Position numbers and translations under genes: made by a program
From: Octopus vulgaris
Taxonomy: Eukaryota
Direction of reading: 5' to 3'
NCBI GenBank assembly: GCA_951406725.2
Contig: OX597816.1
Span: 176,390,001 to 176,454,000 of the forward strand
DNA: 64,000 nt
The notes under the pieces: generated by a model
What the model was told of the DNA's origin: nothing
The model's database searches: none
What the model saw: only the letters and a program-made list of their open reading frames with translations
Shown here: piece by piece, positions 1 to 13,393 of the stretch
Layout: each line of letters starts with the position of its first letter
Numbering within the stretch: the stretch's first letter is position 1

Positions 1-155
1 AACAACTGACGCAGGCAGTTTATTCCATGCTTCAGCAACTCTGAGCGTGAAAAAATGTTTCCGAAAGTCATGGGAGCTGTGTTGTTTTCTGACTTTGTAG
101 GCATGTCCACGTGTGTTGGACACATGGAGATCAAAAAGGTGTTCAGTTGGTTGAT
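1..155 (-). mobile_element. CR1-like LINE ORF2 C-terminal fragment
   Basis: Minus strand reads TRGHAYKVRKQHSSHDFRKHFFTLRVAEAWNKLPASVV, the TRGH...WNxLP end typical of CR1 ORF2. Confidence 0.75.
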
Positions 156-452
156 AAGCTTCTAAAATGAAGAGTCTTACTTTGAGCCAACATGAGTAAT
201 GAAACCAGAGCTCATCTGGACTCCCAAATATTTTAAGTGAGTACATGCCTCCTTCTTGCAAATGGATAACTCCTGACTTATAATAGTTTGTTTGAATTGA
301 GTAGACAACACAAAATAATGTACCTTGCTTGAGTCCATAGCATGTTATCCAGTTCTTGATTCTAACCTCTCACCTAATGATCGTCAGCTCAGTATCCCAA
401 CCCCTACAACACGTACCTTTACTCTGAGCTGCTAAAGTTAAAGAACAAATAT

Positions 453-679
453 TTAACCCTTTTGTTACCAACCCGGCCAAAACCGCCTCTAGCTCTGTAG
501 TACAAATGTCTTGTTTTCATAAGTTTTGAATTAAAATCTTCCACCAAACTTAAGTCACAATTTATGTTCCTAACACTAGTTTAATGATAACTTAGTTATT
601 TTACTAAATTCTTTGTTATATCTAAAATAATTGAGAAACACTGAGAATCTCAAAATAAATACAGTAATGAAAGGGTTAA
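453..679. mobile_element. piggyBac-type MITE, family A
   Basis: TTAA-CCCTTT ... AAAGGG-TTAA termini. Related degenerate copies at ~29889-30116 (inverted) and ~58346-58862 (interrupted). Confidence 0.75.
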
Positions 680-772
680 GCCTTAACTTATGATATTCTG
701 CTATATTAAACATCTTAATGTAGGTTTTCTTCATTAATCTCATCTTTTGTTTGCATATTTAGTCAACATATA

Positions 773-937
773 GGCGCAGGAGTGGCTGTGTGGTAAGTAG
801 CTTGCTAACCAACCACATGGTTCCAGGTTCAGTCCCACTGCGTGGCATCTTGGGCAAGTGTTTTCTGCTAGAGTCCCGGGCCGACCAATGCCTTGTGAGT
901 GGATTTGGTAGACGGAAACTGAAAGAAGCCCATCGTA

Positions 938-990
<53 letters not shown>

Positions 991-1195
991 CTGTGTTTGT
1001 CCCCCTAGCATTGCTTGACAACCGATGCTGGTGTGTTTACGTCCCCGTCACTTAGCGGTTCGGCAAAAGAGACCGATAGAATAAGTACTGAGCTTACAAA
1101 GAATAAGTCCCGGGGTCGATTTGCTCGACTAAAGGTGGTGCTCCAGCATGGCCGCAGTCAAATGACTGAAACAAGTAAAAGAGTAAAAAGAGTAT
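773..1195 (+). mobile_element. tRNA-derived SINE with internal (TA)n
   Basis: A-box TGGCTGTGTGG, B-box GGTTCAGTCC, internal TA/TG tract, AAGAGTAA tail. Near-identical copies elsewhere in the window. Confidence 0.9.
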
Positions 1196-1584
1196 ATCCT
1201 TAACCTGTTTTTTGACCTTTCTCAAGTGCTATATTTCTACAGATGTACATTTCTTTAGGCTTGAACTGAACTTGGAATCTTTATTTCTAGTGTAAGCTTC
1301 CAACACTTTTATTTGTCCTCAAAGAAATGTATCTATCAATTTTGAGCTGATTTGAATTTATTTAATAAAAGCAACCACACCAGTAAAGAGTGGGTTCGGT
1401 GATTCAGCTATCTGTAGCAGTCTTGATTGAAATAAGCCCTAATCAAAATGACTTATGAACATTACAACTATTTTCAGGCATAGAAGTACATTACCCAGTG
1501 TTCTTTTTTAAAATGCTAGGATATGATTTGAGGGAGATTTAGCTATTATTTCTAGCATGTCTAGAAATATATGTATGTAATAAG

Positions 1585-1625
<41 letters not shown>

Positions 1626-1772
1626 TGTCTAAACTGATTCATCAAATTTTGTTTCACCAAAACTATAATCTTTCTTATGTGAAAGTTGAGGTGTCCAACT
1701 GATGAAGGGGTGCAGTTTCCACCTTTGTAATATTTGTATTTGTTTTCTGTAATATCTTTTGAATTTTTTTAG

Positions 1773-1908
1773 ATAATAACTCTAGTAAATGTGCTAGCCA
1801 GTGGTTGATTATAGACAGAGTTGTCCAACAAATGGTACTGCAGGAAAAGAATGGTAAAGATCCTGATCTAGCTCCAGTAGAGATCAACTTTACTCATATA
1901 ATTCGACA
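1773..1908 (+). CDS. DAAM: DAAM-like formin exon (end of FH3 region)
   Basis: AG at 1771-72, GT at 1909-10. Encodes DNNSSKCASQWLIIDRVVQQMVLQEKNGKDPDLAPVEINFTHIIR, resembling DAAM1 WLLLDRIIQQIVIQNDKGQDPD. Confidence 0.9.
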
Positions 1909-2775
1909 GTAAGTTATTTAATTTATTGATACAAACAGTTAATTTTTATAATCAGTATTTAATAAATTGTAGTACATTTTAATGTTTTTTTAATTATGGT
2001 TTTTCTATATTCTAAGAGCTGAATTTATAGTGGCAGGTTACAAAAGGTTCATAGATTACTAATGCTGCACTCCCATACTTGCTTCTTAAATTTTTCGGTC
2101 CATTTATTATACCTTTAAAGCTTTATACCATGCAAGCAGTAAGAGCTACAGAAGTGGTACGTATTTTTTTTCCTTTCAGTTTTGTGTATGATTTTTCTGT
2201 ATAGAGTGGTCTCTATAAGAATATTCTCTATATGAAGAAAAAAGCCTTCTAGTGTTACCTCTACAATAAAATGTAAGGCTTAGTGACTATCAATTAGAAT
2301 ATCAAGATAATCACTAAACAATTTTTTATACCCATCAAGCTTGTTGAAGGAAATAATTTGTTAATCTGCAAATAACTTACATTAACCCTGTTTCCTAAAG
2401 AATGTTTAATTATAGCAGATAGAATAATTAGTGAGCAAATCAAGCTTTAAAAGAAAATAGATTGGTTCTTAAAAAACCAGGTTGGTAGGAACTGACTCCA
2501 AGGAAAAAAAAACACAGCTGGATAGGCGCAGTTTCCAGCTTTTAAAAACTATTGTGAAATTATATTGTTCTAACAACAATAACAACATCAACAAATGTAA
2601 GAAAGGGATGAACAGAGAAAAATTTGAGGAAAGCAATAGTAGTGTTTAAATCATTGATTCTTTAGCAAGGAGGCTGACTCCCCATCAACTTGCCCAACTG
2701 AAGGATAATTTTGAGATATTCTTTCATATGTAAGTTTGCATTCTTATTCTGATTGCCATATTTTATCCCTCCTAG

Positions 2776-2902
2776 GATTGCCTGTGAAAATGACATAAAA
2801 TCCTTTCAACAGAAAATGCGAGAAATTGAGAAAGCAAATGATGATTTGAATTTAAAAATGCAAAAGAAAGAACGTGAATGTGATGCAAAGACACAAGAAA
2901 AG
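2776..2902 (+). CDS. DAAM: DAAM exon (coiled coil)
   Basis: tag|G ... AAG|gtttga, phase matches the previous exon. Encodes IACENDIKSFQQKM...KKERECDAKTQEK; KKERECDAKTQEK is a DAAM motif. Confidence 0.93.
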
Positions 2903-4004
2903 GTTTGAAAAAAATTACTATATAATTGATTTGCCAAATGTATCACTGGTTTTCATAAAAGAAATAGTTGAAAACTTAAATAAAAAGCCCCAAACCTGGA
3001 AGCAAAGTATACAGTTGTATGTCCTAAATGTCATCCTAGCAAAGATGTACCTTATAGTTTGCATGCCAATTAAGATGGGTTAAGTAAAAACTCTATACCC
3101 TGTACCCAATAAAAAATATGAGTGCACTAAAGGTGTATAGGATCTACCACAGAACTTCTTCATATGTAATAGGTGCTATGCAGTGTAATAGTTGTAGCAT
3201 CCTAGAACAAAATATTTCGACTGATGATATTTTCAGTTGAAATATTTTATCCAAATGTAGTTGACTACTTCTGTTACTTAAGTGACCTGATTAGCAGTAG
3301 TAGTGGCAAAGGATTTATGGAAACAGGAAAGAAATGAAACAACCATTATCTGGTGAGAGTGGATGTGTAATGCTAATGTGCATGAATGGTAGATCACAAA
3401 TGAGCTGACGTATCTGTACTGGTAGCAATTTGTCAGTGGCATAGCTAGAGTGTGTGCCACTAGGGAAAACCCTTGAGTTTGCCTCAATCCTATAGTCTTA
3501 TATAGCAAACCCAAAAGACGCCCCCAGCCATGCTATTTGGGCTTAAAAGATGACTAATGGGTGAAGAAATACTGGTTATGCTTTATGCTGGATCCCACAA
3601 ATGTAACTAACTAAATGTCTGAGTGGCTAAGCTGAATTATTAAGATTATTTTTTCCCCTATTTACCTCATCTAATCTTTAAATGCATCACTGACCAGGTT
3701 GATAAGAATGTTATTACTCTTAGTTTAGAAATAAAGTTTCCTTGTTTGAAACCAGTCTAGTATTATCGATGTACACATCCAAGAATAAGACACCTGATGA
3801 CAATCAGAAACTAAACCATTTGAAGCAGTGTGGACATAAATATATAAAAAGTCCATCTCTAAAGATAAAATTAATTCATAAAAATGGTTTTATATAATAA
3901 AAGAAGTTTTGTATAGTTTTGCTTATTTAAAACAGTATTGAATGAATGTGGCTATGAATATATGAGTAAATTTGTTGAGATATCTATCCATTTGTCTCTT
4001 TCAG

Positions 4005-4127
4005 GAGGAACTAATATCAACAGTGAACAAAATGAAGACTAAACTTGAGAAAGAAATTACAAACCATCAGGAAACAAAACAAAATATTTCAGATATGAGT
4101 TCCTTAATCCATGAACTACAGGCTCAG
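4005..4127 (+). CDS. DAAM: DAAM exon (coiled coil)
   Basis: cag|GAG ... CAG|gtaaaa, 123 nt. Encodes EELISTVNKMKTKLEKEITNHQETKQNISDMSSLIHELQAQ. Confidence 0.92.
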
Positions 4128-5092
4128 GTAAAATGCTACATTTCTTTCCTGAATTTAATGCAAAATTGTATTTGTATTTTAATTTTTATCAATTTTTCTA
4201 AAAAGATATTGAACAGCTATTGATAATAGGTAAAATGCATATCTATATCCAAACCTTCTTAGATTTCCTGACTCAGGTAATTTTATGGTATATAGCCTTG
4301 CTATATTCAAGAAAACCCATCCTCCACAGCAGAAGTGTTAATGCCACTACTCCTACTGAAGAGGGTTGGCTTTCAAGAGCCCTGTGCTGGTGCCACATAA
4401 AATACACCTTTGCCAGCACCATATAGAAAGTACCAGTACCACATAATAGCATCTGTACCAGCACAGTGTAAAAGCACCCTTGCTGGTGCCATGTAAAAAA
4501 CACCCAGAACACTCCTCCTCCTTTAACATCTGTTTTCCAGCATGGAAAACATATGTTAGAGGAGGAGGAGGAAGATGTCATCATAGCCCATTCAGTCATT
4601 TAGGTGCTACAGAATCATGCACAAGAAGATAAATTGGTGCCAGTTCCCATTTCCTTCTCTGGGCCCCTAATGTAGACCTGAGTTCAGCATTGAAAACTAA
4701 TGAAACCATTATCAGTTAAACATTGTCACTCCACCCCCTACTTACAGGAATAACTATTTACTCAGCTAGTAACATTTATGATTTCCAGGCACATAGTAAA
4801 GTATTAGTAATACTACCAGTAGAGTTCAAACTAAATAACAACTATATTAACCTCTTCTCATCTAGGAAGATCTGTAAAAACAATTGAGCACCACTCCTCA
4901 GACAATCCAATAATAAAAATGTCAATAACATCAGTACATTGTTTTCTCAAACATCTATAATTCTTTTAAATGACCTTTTTTTTTTATTCAGTATAGAATG
5001 TTTATGGATGTGGTGGATTAAATACACAAATCTTACCAAAATATTATATTTTTAATTCATTTTCATTTCTCTCTTCTATTTTTTGCTATTAG

Positions 5093-5360
5093 TTGGAGAA
5101 TGAATGTGCCGAAAAGAAGAAATTGCAATATATGGTCTCAACAGGAAGCTTACCTGATGATGCAAAAATGGACTTTTCATCTGCTTCATTAGGCTTCAAA
5201 TCAAACAGCAATCTTATCACAAATCGTACCATTCCTCTATCTTTGCCTCAAAATGTTTCCAAGAATCATCTAAATGCTCAAAATGGACCATCTTTACCAC
5301 CACCTCCACCACCGCCCCCACCTCCAGTAGGAGGTCCACCACCTCCACCACCACCAATGG
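5093..5360 (+). CDS. DAAM: DAAM exon containing FH1 polyproline tracts
   Basis: tag|TTG ... ATGG|gtttgt. Encodes LENECAEKKKLQYMVSTGSLPDDAK...LPPPPPPPPPPVGGPPPPPPPM; ends in phase 1. Confidence 0.9.
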
Positions 5361-5504
5361 GTTTGTACTGAATAATATCTTTTAACTAGTATTGCTGAGT
5401 CAACATAACTGATTAATGTTATCAACACTAAGAGCTGATAAATATCAACCCTGCATGGTTTGAATTTCAAATAGTGAACTACACAACTATTTATTGTAAA
5501 GCAT

Positions 5505-5731
5505 TTAACCCTTTAGTATTTAAACCAGCCATATCCAGCCAAAATATTTAATCTGTTTTATGTTCAAACTGACCAGATCCAGGCTCTCACACCTACCCTA
5601 CAATGTTATTCTACATTAAGTAATTACACCATCAAGATCTTGAAGATATGAGATAATGCATGATTAATTCAAATCAATGGGAATCAATAAGCATTATGTT
5701 TGATAGAATAATCTGAACACTAAAGGGTTAA
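5505..5731. mobile_element. piggyBac-type MITE, family B
   Basis: TTAA-CCCTTTAGT ... ACTAAAGGG-TTAA. Homologous to 36455-36635. Confidence 0.8.
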
Positions 5732-5746
5732 ACTTGACTTGTTATT

Positions 5747-6649
5747 TACGAGATGGGTACTAAAAAGAAACTAGAATTTTACAATATTATTTTCTTCACT
5801 TAGTTTTACATGTTTACACTTTTATCCCCTCCAAAGTATTCTCCATTTGAAGGAATGCATCAGTCCAGACACGTTTTCCACTATTTGAAGCAATCCTGGA
5901 ACTCTTGTAAAGTGATGCCTCCATTGTTCTTTTCTTCACCTCTCCCACATCTGCAAATTCCATAGCACCAGCTTCCATCACCGGTGATGACCTTTGAAAG
6001 AAGGTCCAGATCAACTTCCAACTGTTCTTTCAGTTCACGACATGCATTCTGTCATGACTGCTTGTGATCTTCCGTGAGCAAGAGAGACACAAATTTTGCT
6101 GCAACTTTTTTCATTTGCAATTCCTTGCTCAAAATTCCTTGGCAGGAGCTCCAGGACATACCAGTCATATCAACAAGTTTGTCAATTGTTCAGTAACGGT
6201 CTTCCAAGATCAATTCATGAATTTTCATGACGTTTTCATTCATTCCGAATGTCAATGGTCTTCCTGAATAAGGTTGGTTTTCAAGCAACAAGTAACCATT
6301 CCTAAAGTATGGAAACCACTCTCATAAACTTGTGTTTTGCTTATGACAGCAGCTTTGTAAGCTTTTTGAAGCATGACAACTGTTTTAGCCCCTATTTTCC
6401 CCAGCAGAAAACAGAATTTCACAGAAGCATACTGTTCCTTCATTTCAGCCATTGCAAAAGTTAAGGAACAGGGGAAAAGCACTTCAAAACAAAGACACCC
6501 CACGTGGCAGCACGACTTTGTATGTCATACTGCCAGTCAGCAGACTGATGCCTGGGGGTCACATCAAGTGGCTGCTAGCAGCAGAAGCCTGAACTACAAT
6601 GGGCTTGTCCCACAGGACATTTTCAGTTATTTTTGGGTACCCTCTCGTA
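5747..6649 (-). mobile_element. mariner transposon relic (internally deleted)
   Basis: TA-flanked TIRs (TACGAGATGGGTAC... / ...GTACCCTCTCGTA). Minus-strand EQYASVKFCFLLGK...TVVMLQKAY matches the mariner N-terminal HTH. Confidence 0.8.
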
Positions 6650-7399
6650 TACTCTCAATATCATCACCAATGGTTGTAACTAATATTGAAGTCAACTTCT
6701 AGTAGTTCAAATTATGAATATTAACACTAGGGCTGAATATACCTAAGGTTATTCTACACATAGGATAGAATCTCTCATATGTAATATGATGTTGAAAAAC
6801 TTCAATTAACTGAGATAATCTGTAGAATTAGAAAACAAAACTTCATCTAATGTTAAAAATCTAAAACAGGTTTTCAAAATTGCAACTAAATTCAAACTTT
6901 TAGGGAATATAGACAATGCAGTTCGGAGTAGATCGTTTAGTAGATCTGATGTTTAAAACCTACAAGTGAAAGCAATGGATATGTTTCAGTTCTGTTAGAT
7001 CTCATCAGTGAAACATATTTACTTCTTTTGGCTAGACTTAGAAGTGATCAATAGAGGGGAAATAGTGACACTGATTGGGAAACACCTCACATAGGTAGTC
7101 TGTGTAGCAGTGGTGAATCTGCTTTGCTGCTGAGATCCAACATGATTGAAGTGCTCATTGCCTTAACCACTTCGTTTTAAAGACAAGATCCACTGTAATA
7201 TCTCCATTTCTCCAAAATTTGGATTATCTGATGTCAGGGAGGTTTTTGTCTTCAAGCTGCAAGGATAATTATAGTTAATCAAACTTTTTGAGTGATTTTC
7301 TTTTGTCTTTTATGTTTTCTTCTGTTTTTTTGGAGTTTTTTGCCTGAATGCTAGAACAACCATGTTTTTACTTATCTTGGCATTCTTTTCAAGCACAGC

Positions 7400-7660
7400 A
7401 AACTGCAAGGAGTCTTGGTCCCCTGTAAAAAGAATCTACAGACATTGGGACTCACAGAGTCCCAACATCTGTATATCCTTTCTCACCACTTCATCCCATG
7501 TCTCCCTGGGTCTACCCCTTCCACATGTTCTCTCTACAGTTAGAGATCAGCACTTCTTTACACAGCTGTCCTCATTCAAATGCATTACATGACCATATCA
7601 ATGCAGTCTTCTCTCTTGCACACTACATCTGATGCCGCTTATACCCAATTTTTCTCTCAA
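7400..7660 (-). mobile_element. degenerate RTE LINE 3' ORF fragment
   Basis: Reverse complement resembles the TCGRGRPRKTW region of the RTE at ~56.4 kb. Confidence 0.55.
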
Positions 7661-7914
7661 AGAGTTATGAGCTGGGGATGATAGAGGGATGCAGAAGAGT
7701 GGGGGCAGCAAGTAGCCAAGCTGATACAGTTGCTGGTGGGAGAAGGACAAGAGAAAGGGAGAAGAAACAGATATACATAGTGCATGAGGGTAGCAAGTCA
7801 CTGTAATGGGTAGAGAACCCAAAATATAGCACTTCCAGAACTCAATGTTGCTGTGGAGGCTAAGTCTTTTTGTACAAGAGATCCCAGTTCTTTATCATCT
7901 TATCTGTTGGGCTC

Positions 7915-8078
7915 AGTGTGTTTACGTCCCCGTCACTTAGCGGTTCGGCAAAAAGAGGCCGATAGAATAAGTATTGGGCTTACAAAGAATAAGTCCTGGG
8001 GTCGAGTTGCTCGATTAAAGGTGGTGCTCCAGCATGGCCACAGTCAAATGACTGAAACAAGTAAAAGAGTAAAGAGAG
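7915..8078 (+). mobile_element. 3' half of the tRNA-derived SINE
   Basis: Matches ~1032-1195. Confidence 0.85.
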
Positions 8079-8134
8079 TCAGAAGATAAATTCTAATAGC
8101 TTAATGTTCTTAACATTCAAATCAACAACTCGGA

Positions 8135-8189
<55 letters not shown>

Positions 8190-8571
8190 GGTAGGTAGAT
8201 AAACAGATACATATACACATGGGGTAACAATGATAAGCAGTGAAATACAAACTTGTTACCAGTTCAAGTATACCTGAGGCATATTTGAATCCGTAAGATA
8301 GCCATTCACTATATTTTATCATGGAAAATATTTCTTGCTGTAGACAGATAGGTGTAAGTTTACTATATCAGTTCAGAGCATTACCTAACCAGATTGTTGG
8401 ATGTATGTATTTTGGAGTGATTATCTCCTCTTAAGCAATGGAGACCAGGAAGGCAGACATGGTGAACTGACATGAGAGAGAGGTTCCTCTTATGATGTTC
8501 TCATCATCATCATTCAGTGACTGGTCATACTATTCAGCAACTTGTCATACATAAACTACAGGATTACAGTG

Positions 8572-8777
8572 TTAGAATACGACCGTACGTGAGGGGTTTC
8601 GGTGACCTATTTCTCCTCTTGTACAACAGCACACGGCCACATCCCAACATAAAATATCATAATGTTATATAATATAATATAATGTTATATAAGCCATAAT
8701 ACATGTTTATAAACAGTGCCAAAGTATATGAAATAAGGACTCCAAAAACCGTTCTACTTTTATAAAGAGAAGATAGA
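8572..8777 (-). mobile_element. possible non-autonomous Helitron relic
   Basis: Minus strand starts A|TCTATCTTCTCTTTATAAAAG and ends in a GC-rich segment plus CTAA; the hairpin is degenerate. Confidence 0.35.
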
Positions 8778-8820
8778 TTTTATTCACAGTGTACAAAGTG
8801 ATTTGTTATTATTAGCATAG

Positions 8821-9596
8821 TGTTGTGTCTTGAATGCATGCTTATAATATTTGTGTCTGTGTGTTCGTGTGTGCGACAGAAGTACAGAAATAAGGTTTAT
8901 GCAAATACAACAGAGCATGAGAGAAGTCTCAACATTTTAAGTTAAAATGAAGTTATTTTACCAGTTCATGTAGTACCCGATAATGAGTTCTGTACAAGAT
9001 TTGAGTCTCAGAGCTGAGATTAGTTGAGTCACTTGTTGTGCATATTTTTCTCTTGATATAGATATTCTTTCAGATATATATACTGCAACTGTTTTTCCAT
9101 GGTGAGATTTTCACACTAACAGCATGAGTTGAATCTGTATTTATCTTGTGTACAAGTTGAAATCTTCGTAGATGCAGACGATGTTGGTGATGACGTTCTG
9201 TCTGTCGCTGGTTTACAATAGTGTCTTCATAGTATGGTTGGCTTGGCTGTCGTCTGCCTTTCGAACTGGAACATGGTTGAGTAAGCTCTGTGTGGTCTCC
9301 GACCAAGACCTTAAAAGGTCTTAAGCTGAAAGACGTTGAATCGTGATATGATCAACCTATTTAAAGAGTTAAGATGGCTCAAATGAAAAGTCCTATCCGA
9401 AAGCCGTGATTGGTCAGTTTACACACTGGCGCAAAGTAAGTAGAGAGACAGACCGCGCTTAGATGCTAACCAATCAGAACAGTGGACACAACAAGGTTAA
9501 ACTAGCCAAAGATGTTTGTAATCTCAAACGAGATCATTCTTAATATTTTTCTCAAACAGTGAAGATAGCAATGAAGAAAACAATATTGCTACAACA
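8821..9596. mobile_element. possible solo LTR
   Basis: TGTTGT...ACAACA termini with CCAAT- and TATA-like motifs inside. No convincing TSD. Confidence 0.3.
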
Positions 9597-11186
9597 GCAA
9601 TGTGTATACATACAGATGTGTTACCAGTGCAAATATGCTTGAGGCACATTCAAACCCACACAGTATGTGGGTTGAAAAGCTTATGGTACTATAAGCTTGT
9701 CAACTCATATAACATTAAGGTTAGATCCTCCTGCTACAACAGATGCAAACATGCACCTGCACAAACTCCAACTCCAAAAACCTACCAGCTGCCCTCGAGG
9801 AGAATCCTGCCTCTCAAGGGCTGTAGTCTACAGAGCCACCCTTACAACATCCAATAGCATCACAAGGTACTACACATGCATGATAGCTAATGATTTCAAG
9901 GAAAGGTACATACTGCATATTTACTTGCTTAGGTGCAGGAATAGAAAGAATTCTACTTCTTTGTCTCATTTCCTCTGTGACCTTCAGAATGAAATGCCCA
10001 ACATGAATTGGGCTGTTATTGACAGGGCTCCATCCTACTCACTCAGCACCCACAGTTGCTAGCTCAGCCTCCATGAAGGACTGCACATTCTCCACCAACC
10101 TGCAATATCTATTAACAGGAAATATGAACCATCTTGCTGCAACCAAAGGTATGCCCTCTTGGTGAACTTCAAGCCACTGGCTGCCAACAACCCAAACACA
10201 CCACCTTAACATTGGCAGCCCCACACAGGAAAAAATATAGGCACTTTTGTTGTTGAAAATGCACCTAAGTTTGAAAAACTCATAACTGTTTTTAAATAAA
10301 TTTAATTACATATATATCAAACTAGTTTCAACAATATTTTTTGTTTATCAATGGTAAAAATTTAGAATTATGAATTAGAAAAAGATGTTTAAAAGTTTCA
10401 ATGTTGACAAGTTTAAATGTTCATAACAGTCAATTATATAAAAACTGTACATCAACTTGTTTAAATGTACAATGTTCATTAGTGTTAGTAGTGATCAATA
10501 ATAAATAAATAAATATGTGTTGGGTTTTTGTGTACAGTTGTTCATATCTATTCCTGGATATTATTTTATTTATTGTGAGTTTCTTACTCCCATCAGAAAC
10601 AACATACATGGGTTTCATCAAAACATGTAGGAATAAAGTTGATGCTTCTTTTTGTTATCAAAAATTTGTTGGGTGATTGAACTAATGAAACTCAATGGGA
10701 AAAGTTGCAAAAGAATATTCAGCAGGCTACACATCAAATCCTAAAGTTATTTTTGGGTTAAGAACCCTTGCAAAAGTTGAATTTAAAGATTAAAAACAAT
10801 ATCTGAACATCCTGCCAGTAATATTGCTTCTGAATCATTTGAAAAATTGGACAAATCAAAACCAGACAGATTTACTCAAATATGCTGAAATCAGTATACC
10901 ATTCTGGAATCATCTTCTATTTAATCATCAATTAAATCAGTGAATAAGTTATGACTAAAAAAATTATTAGCAGCCATTTTTCAAAGTAAGTTTTGGTTAA
11001 AAGGCAAAAAATTTCAAATGCAAATGTTGATGTTAATAACACACATAACAGAATGTTTAATGATGAATATAGGGATTAAATATAGGGATTAAATGTTTAA
11101 TGATGAATATAAGGATTAAATTCTTTCCTTTTGATTGGAGTGTTCTTTACTTACTTTAAAATGACTATAAATACAGGTGGTTCACT

Positions 11187-11188
<2 letters not shown>

Positions 11189-11245
<57 letters not shown>
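11189..11245. repeat. (CT)n microsatellite
   Basis: Direct reading. Confidence 0.95.
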
Positions 11246-11247
<2 letters not shown>

Positions 11248-11710
11248 CATTCACAATATTCCTTTCTCCCAAAATGGAGAAGGGTTGAGCAATAGGCTAG
11301 CAACTTCTCAGAAAAAGACATGCTGCTGAACTATCCAAAGACAAAGCAATATGCAGTGCCATACTAAATGGAAATAAAGAACATATAATCATTTAATTGA
11401 AGCTGCAAATGAAAACTTGATTAAAACTATTATTACCAGAGTCCTGAAACTACATCTCTCTACAGATATAGGTTGTTGTCATTTTCTCTCAAAGGTTGTT
11501 GAAAACTTATTTCAGTATCCAGCCAGCTCCTGCCAAACTGGTTGGACAGTGCAATTACATTGAGAGAGTGCATGTATGCACACACACATTCTCCCACACA
11601 CACACACACACACACACACACGCAAAAGTAATGACTATGCACTTGCATTTTCCCTGTCTGGCCAGGAAATAGTTTAGTGGTATATCCTTATAGTAGTTTT
11701 ATCTCTACAT

Positions 11711-12959
11711 CAGACATGTCATGAGGGCCACACTTGCTTCAATTATAACTGAAGTCATTTAATAAAAAATGATTGCAGAATATTTTTCTTACTTAAACTT
11801 AGAAATATTTTATGGTTTTGCCACATTCAAGAACACAAATTAATGAAATTGTTTAACAAAAGAAAAAGATGAAATTTTAAACAGCAATATAGATATGAAT
11901 GCAACAACAACAACAACAAATGCATTGTACAAAAATTACAAAAGTTGAAAATGAACTTTTATTTATGATTATTCAAACATTTTTAGTGTTTTGTCTTGAG
12001 GCTTGACACCAATTTTTGGTATGTCTGACTGAAATGTCTGTGCAGTTTGATGAGAGATGACAAGTGTTGATCAGTCAGCCTTATTTGCTCATTTTTTGTT
12101 GATTTCATGCAGGAAAATAACTGTTAATACACATAGATAGAACCAAACATTGCTGTAAACTTTCTGAAGTTTTTAAAGTTTTCAAGAAGGAATGATAAGA
12201 AACCAGTTATCTTCACTTCAAAATACTTTTCTCTGAGTGAAGAATCTGACTGCAATTCTAATAGTTACATCTGCAAGCTTTCTTCTGCCTTAGCAACATC
12301 AAAGGTGAATGGTGCTGAGAATAATGCAAATGGATGTTCAAAAGAGGAGAAATCACAAAATCTTTCCTGAAATTCTTTTGACAACAATTTCAGGTGATTG
12401 TCATATGGCAAAGCTAAGTACAGATCCAGTATTAGCACTGTTTTTCAGCTCTTTGCACTTATGAAAATTTACTAAATTTTCATTTGACAACTGTGACTTC
12501 CATAAGCTTAATTTTGTAATGAAGCACTTGATGTCACCATACAACTGAGTGATGAGCTTGTTTTTACCTTGTAATTTCAAATTGAGATCAGTTAATTGTG
12601 AAGTAATGTCCACCGCAAAAGTCTGATCCTGAAGCCAACTCTCATCTTTTATTTCATCTGTGTTTTGACTTTTCACCTCCAAAAACATAATTATTTCTTG
12701 TCTCAACAAATAAAATCTTTTCAACATTTTGTGGCATGACAACCAGTGGACTTCTGTGGAGAATGCGCAAACATCTGTAATGTTTGAGGTACGACACATC
12801 TGGAGCTGTGGATTAGCCAACTGATGGGAAATTTCGCAACTCTGGGCCTCCAAGTAATTGTATAACTTTCTTCCTGCCTGTAATCCGACCCAGATCCAAT
12901 GACACCAATGCGCTATCTGTGCAGGCCGCTTGCAATGGGCCGCACGTTTGACATGCCTG
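11711..12959 (-). mobile_element. hAT transposon relic (SPIN/GTF2IRD2-like transposase)
   Basis: TIRs CAGACATGTCA / TGACATGCCTG; imperfect 8-bp TSD CTCTACAT / CTTTACAC. ORF 12401-12853 encodes EVHWLS...LKRFYLLRQEI...DITSQLTDLNLKLQG. Confidence 0.8.
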
Positions 12960-13283
12960 CTTTACACAGTTGCTTTTATTCCATGTTCATCAACATTTTT
13001 GGGAGATGTGTATATTGAGTATTTGTTTATGTATATAATGATCTAGTGAGATTCTTTTATCCAAGTTCATTAAATAAATAAATTAATCTTGTCTAAAATA
13101 TAAAAATAAGACTTCTTTCATTATAAAAAGCATAGAAGTTAGGTTTTTTTTGGTGTGCTGGAGATAGTTTCTTGAGAATGGTTGATCTATGTTTGAATAA
13201 AATATACATAAGAAACAATACTAGAACTACTTAAATTGTTAGCTACTAACAGAATATATCATTACAATGTTCTTACATTTCAG

Positions 13284-13393
13284 CCTCAAAGAGAAATCCT
13301 TCAGTTGAAAGCTCTACAACCACCGCTCGGAAAAAAAATACTCCAGCTTCTTCTCAGCCATTGAAGTCTTTCAACTGGTCTAAACTACCTGAA
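13284..13393 (+). CDS. DAAM: DAAM exon (start of FH2)
   Basis: cag|CC ... GAA|gtaagt. Encodes SKRNPSVESSTTTARKKNTPASSQPLKSFNWSKLPE; LKSFNWSKLPE is the FH2 lasso. Confidence 0.93.

Noticed and set aside
740-1203. Short ORFs recurring at several loci (e.g. MTTDAGVFTSPS...)
   Set aside because: Translations of SINE copies, not genes.
3209-3248. 16-bp hairpin containing CTGATGA and GAAA
   Set aside because: The core nucleotides fall inside a simple hairpin and there is no stem II; not a hammerhead.
3788-3815. GACACCTGATGACAATCAGAAAC hammerhead-like string
   Set aside because: No stem II or stem I pairing.
11050-11122. Short local duplication (ATGTTTAATGATGAATATAGGGATTAAA)
   Set aside because: Ordinary slippage duplication with no further structure.
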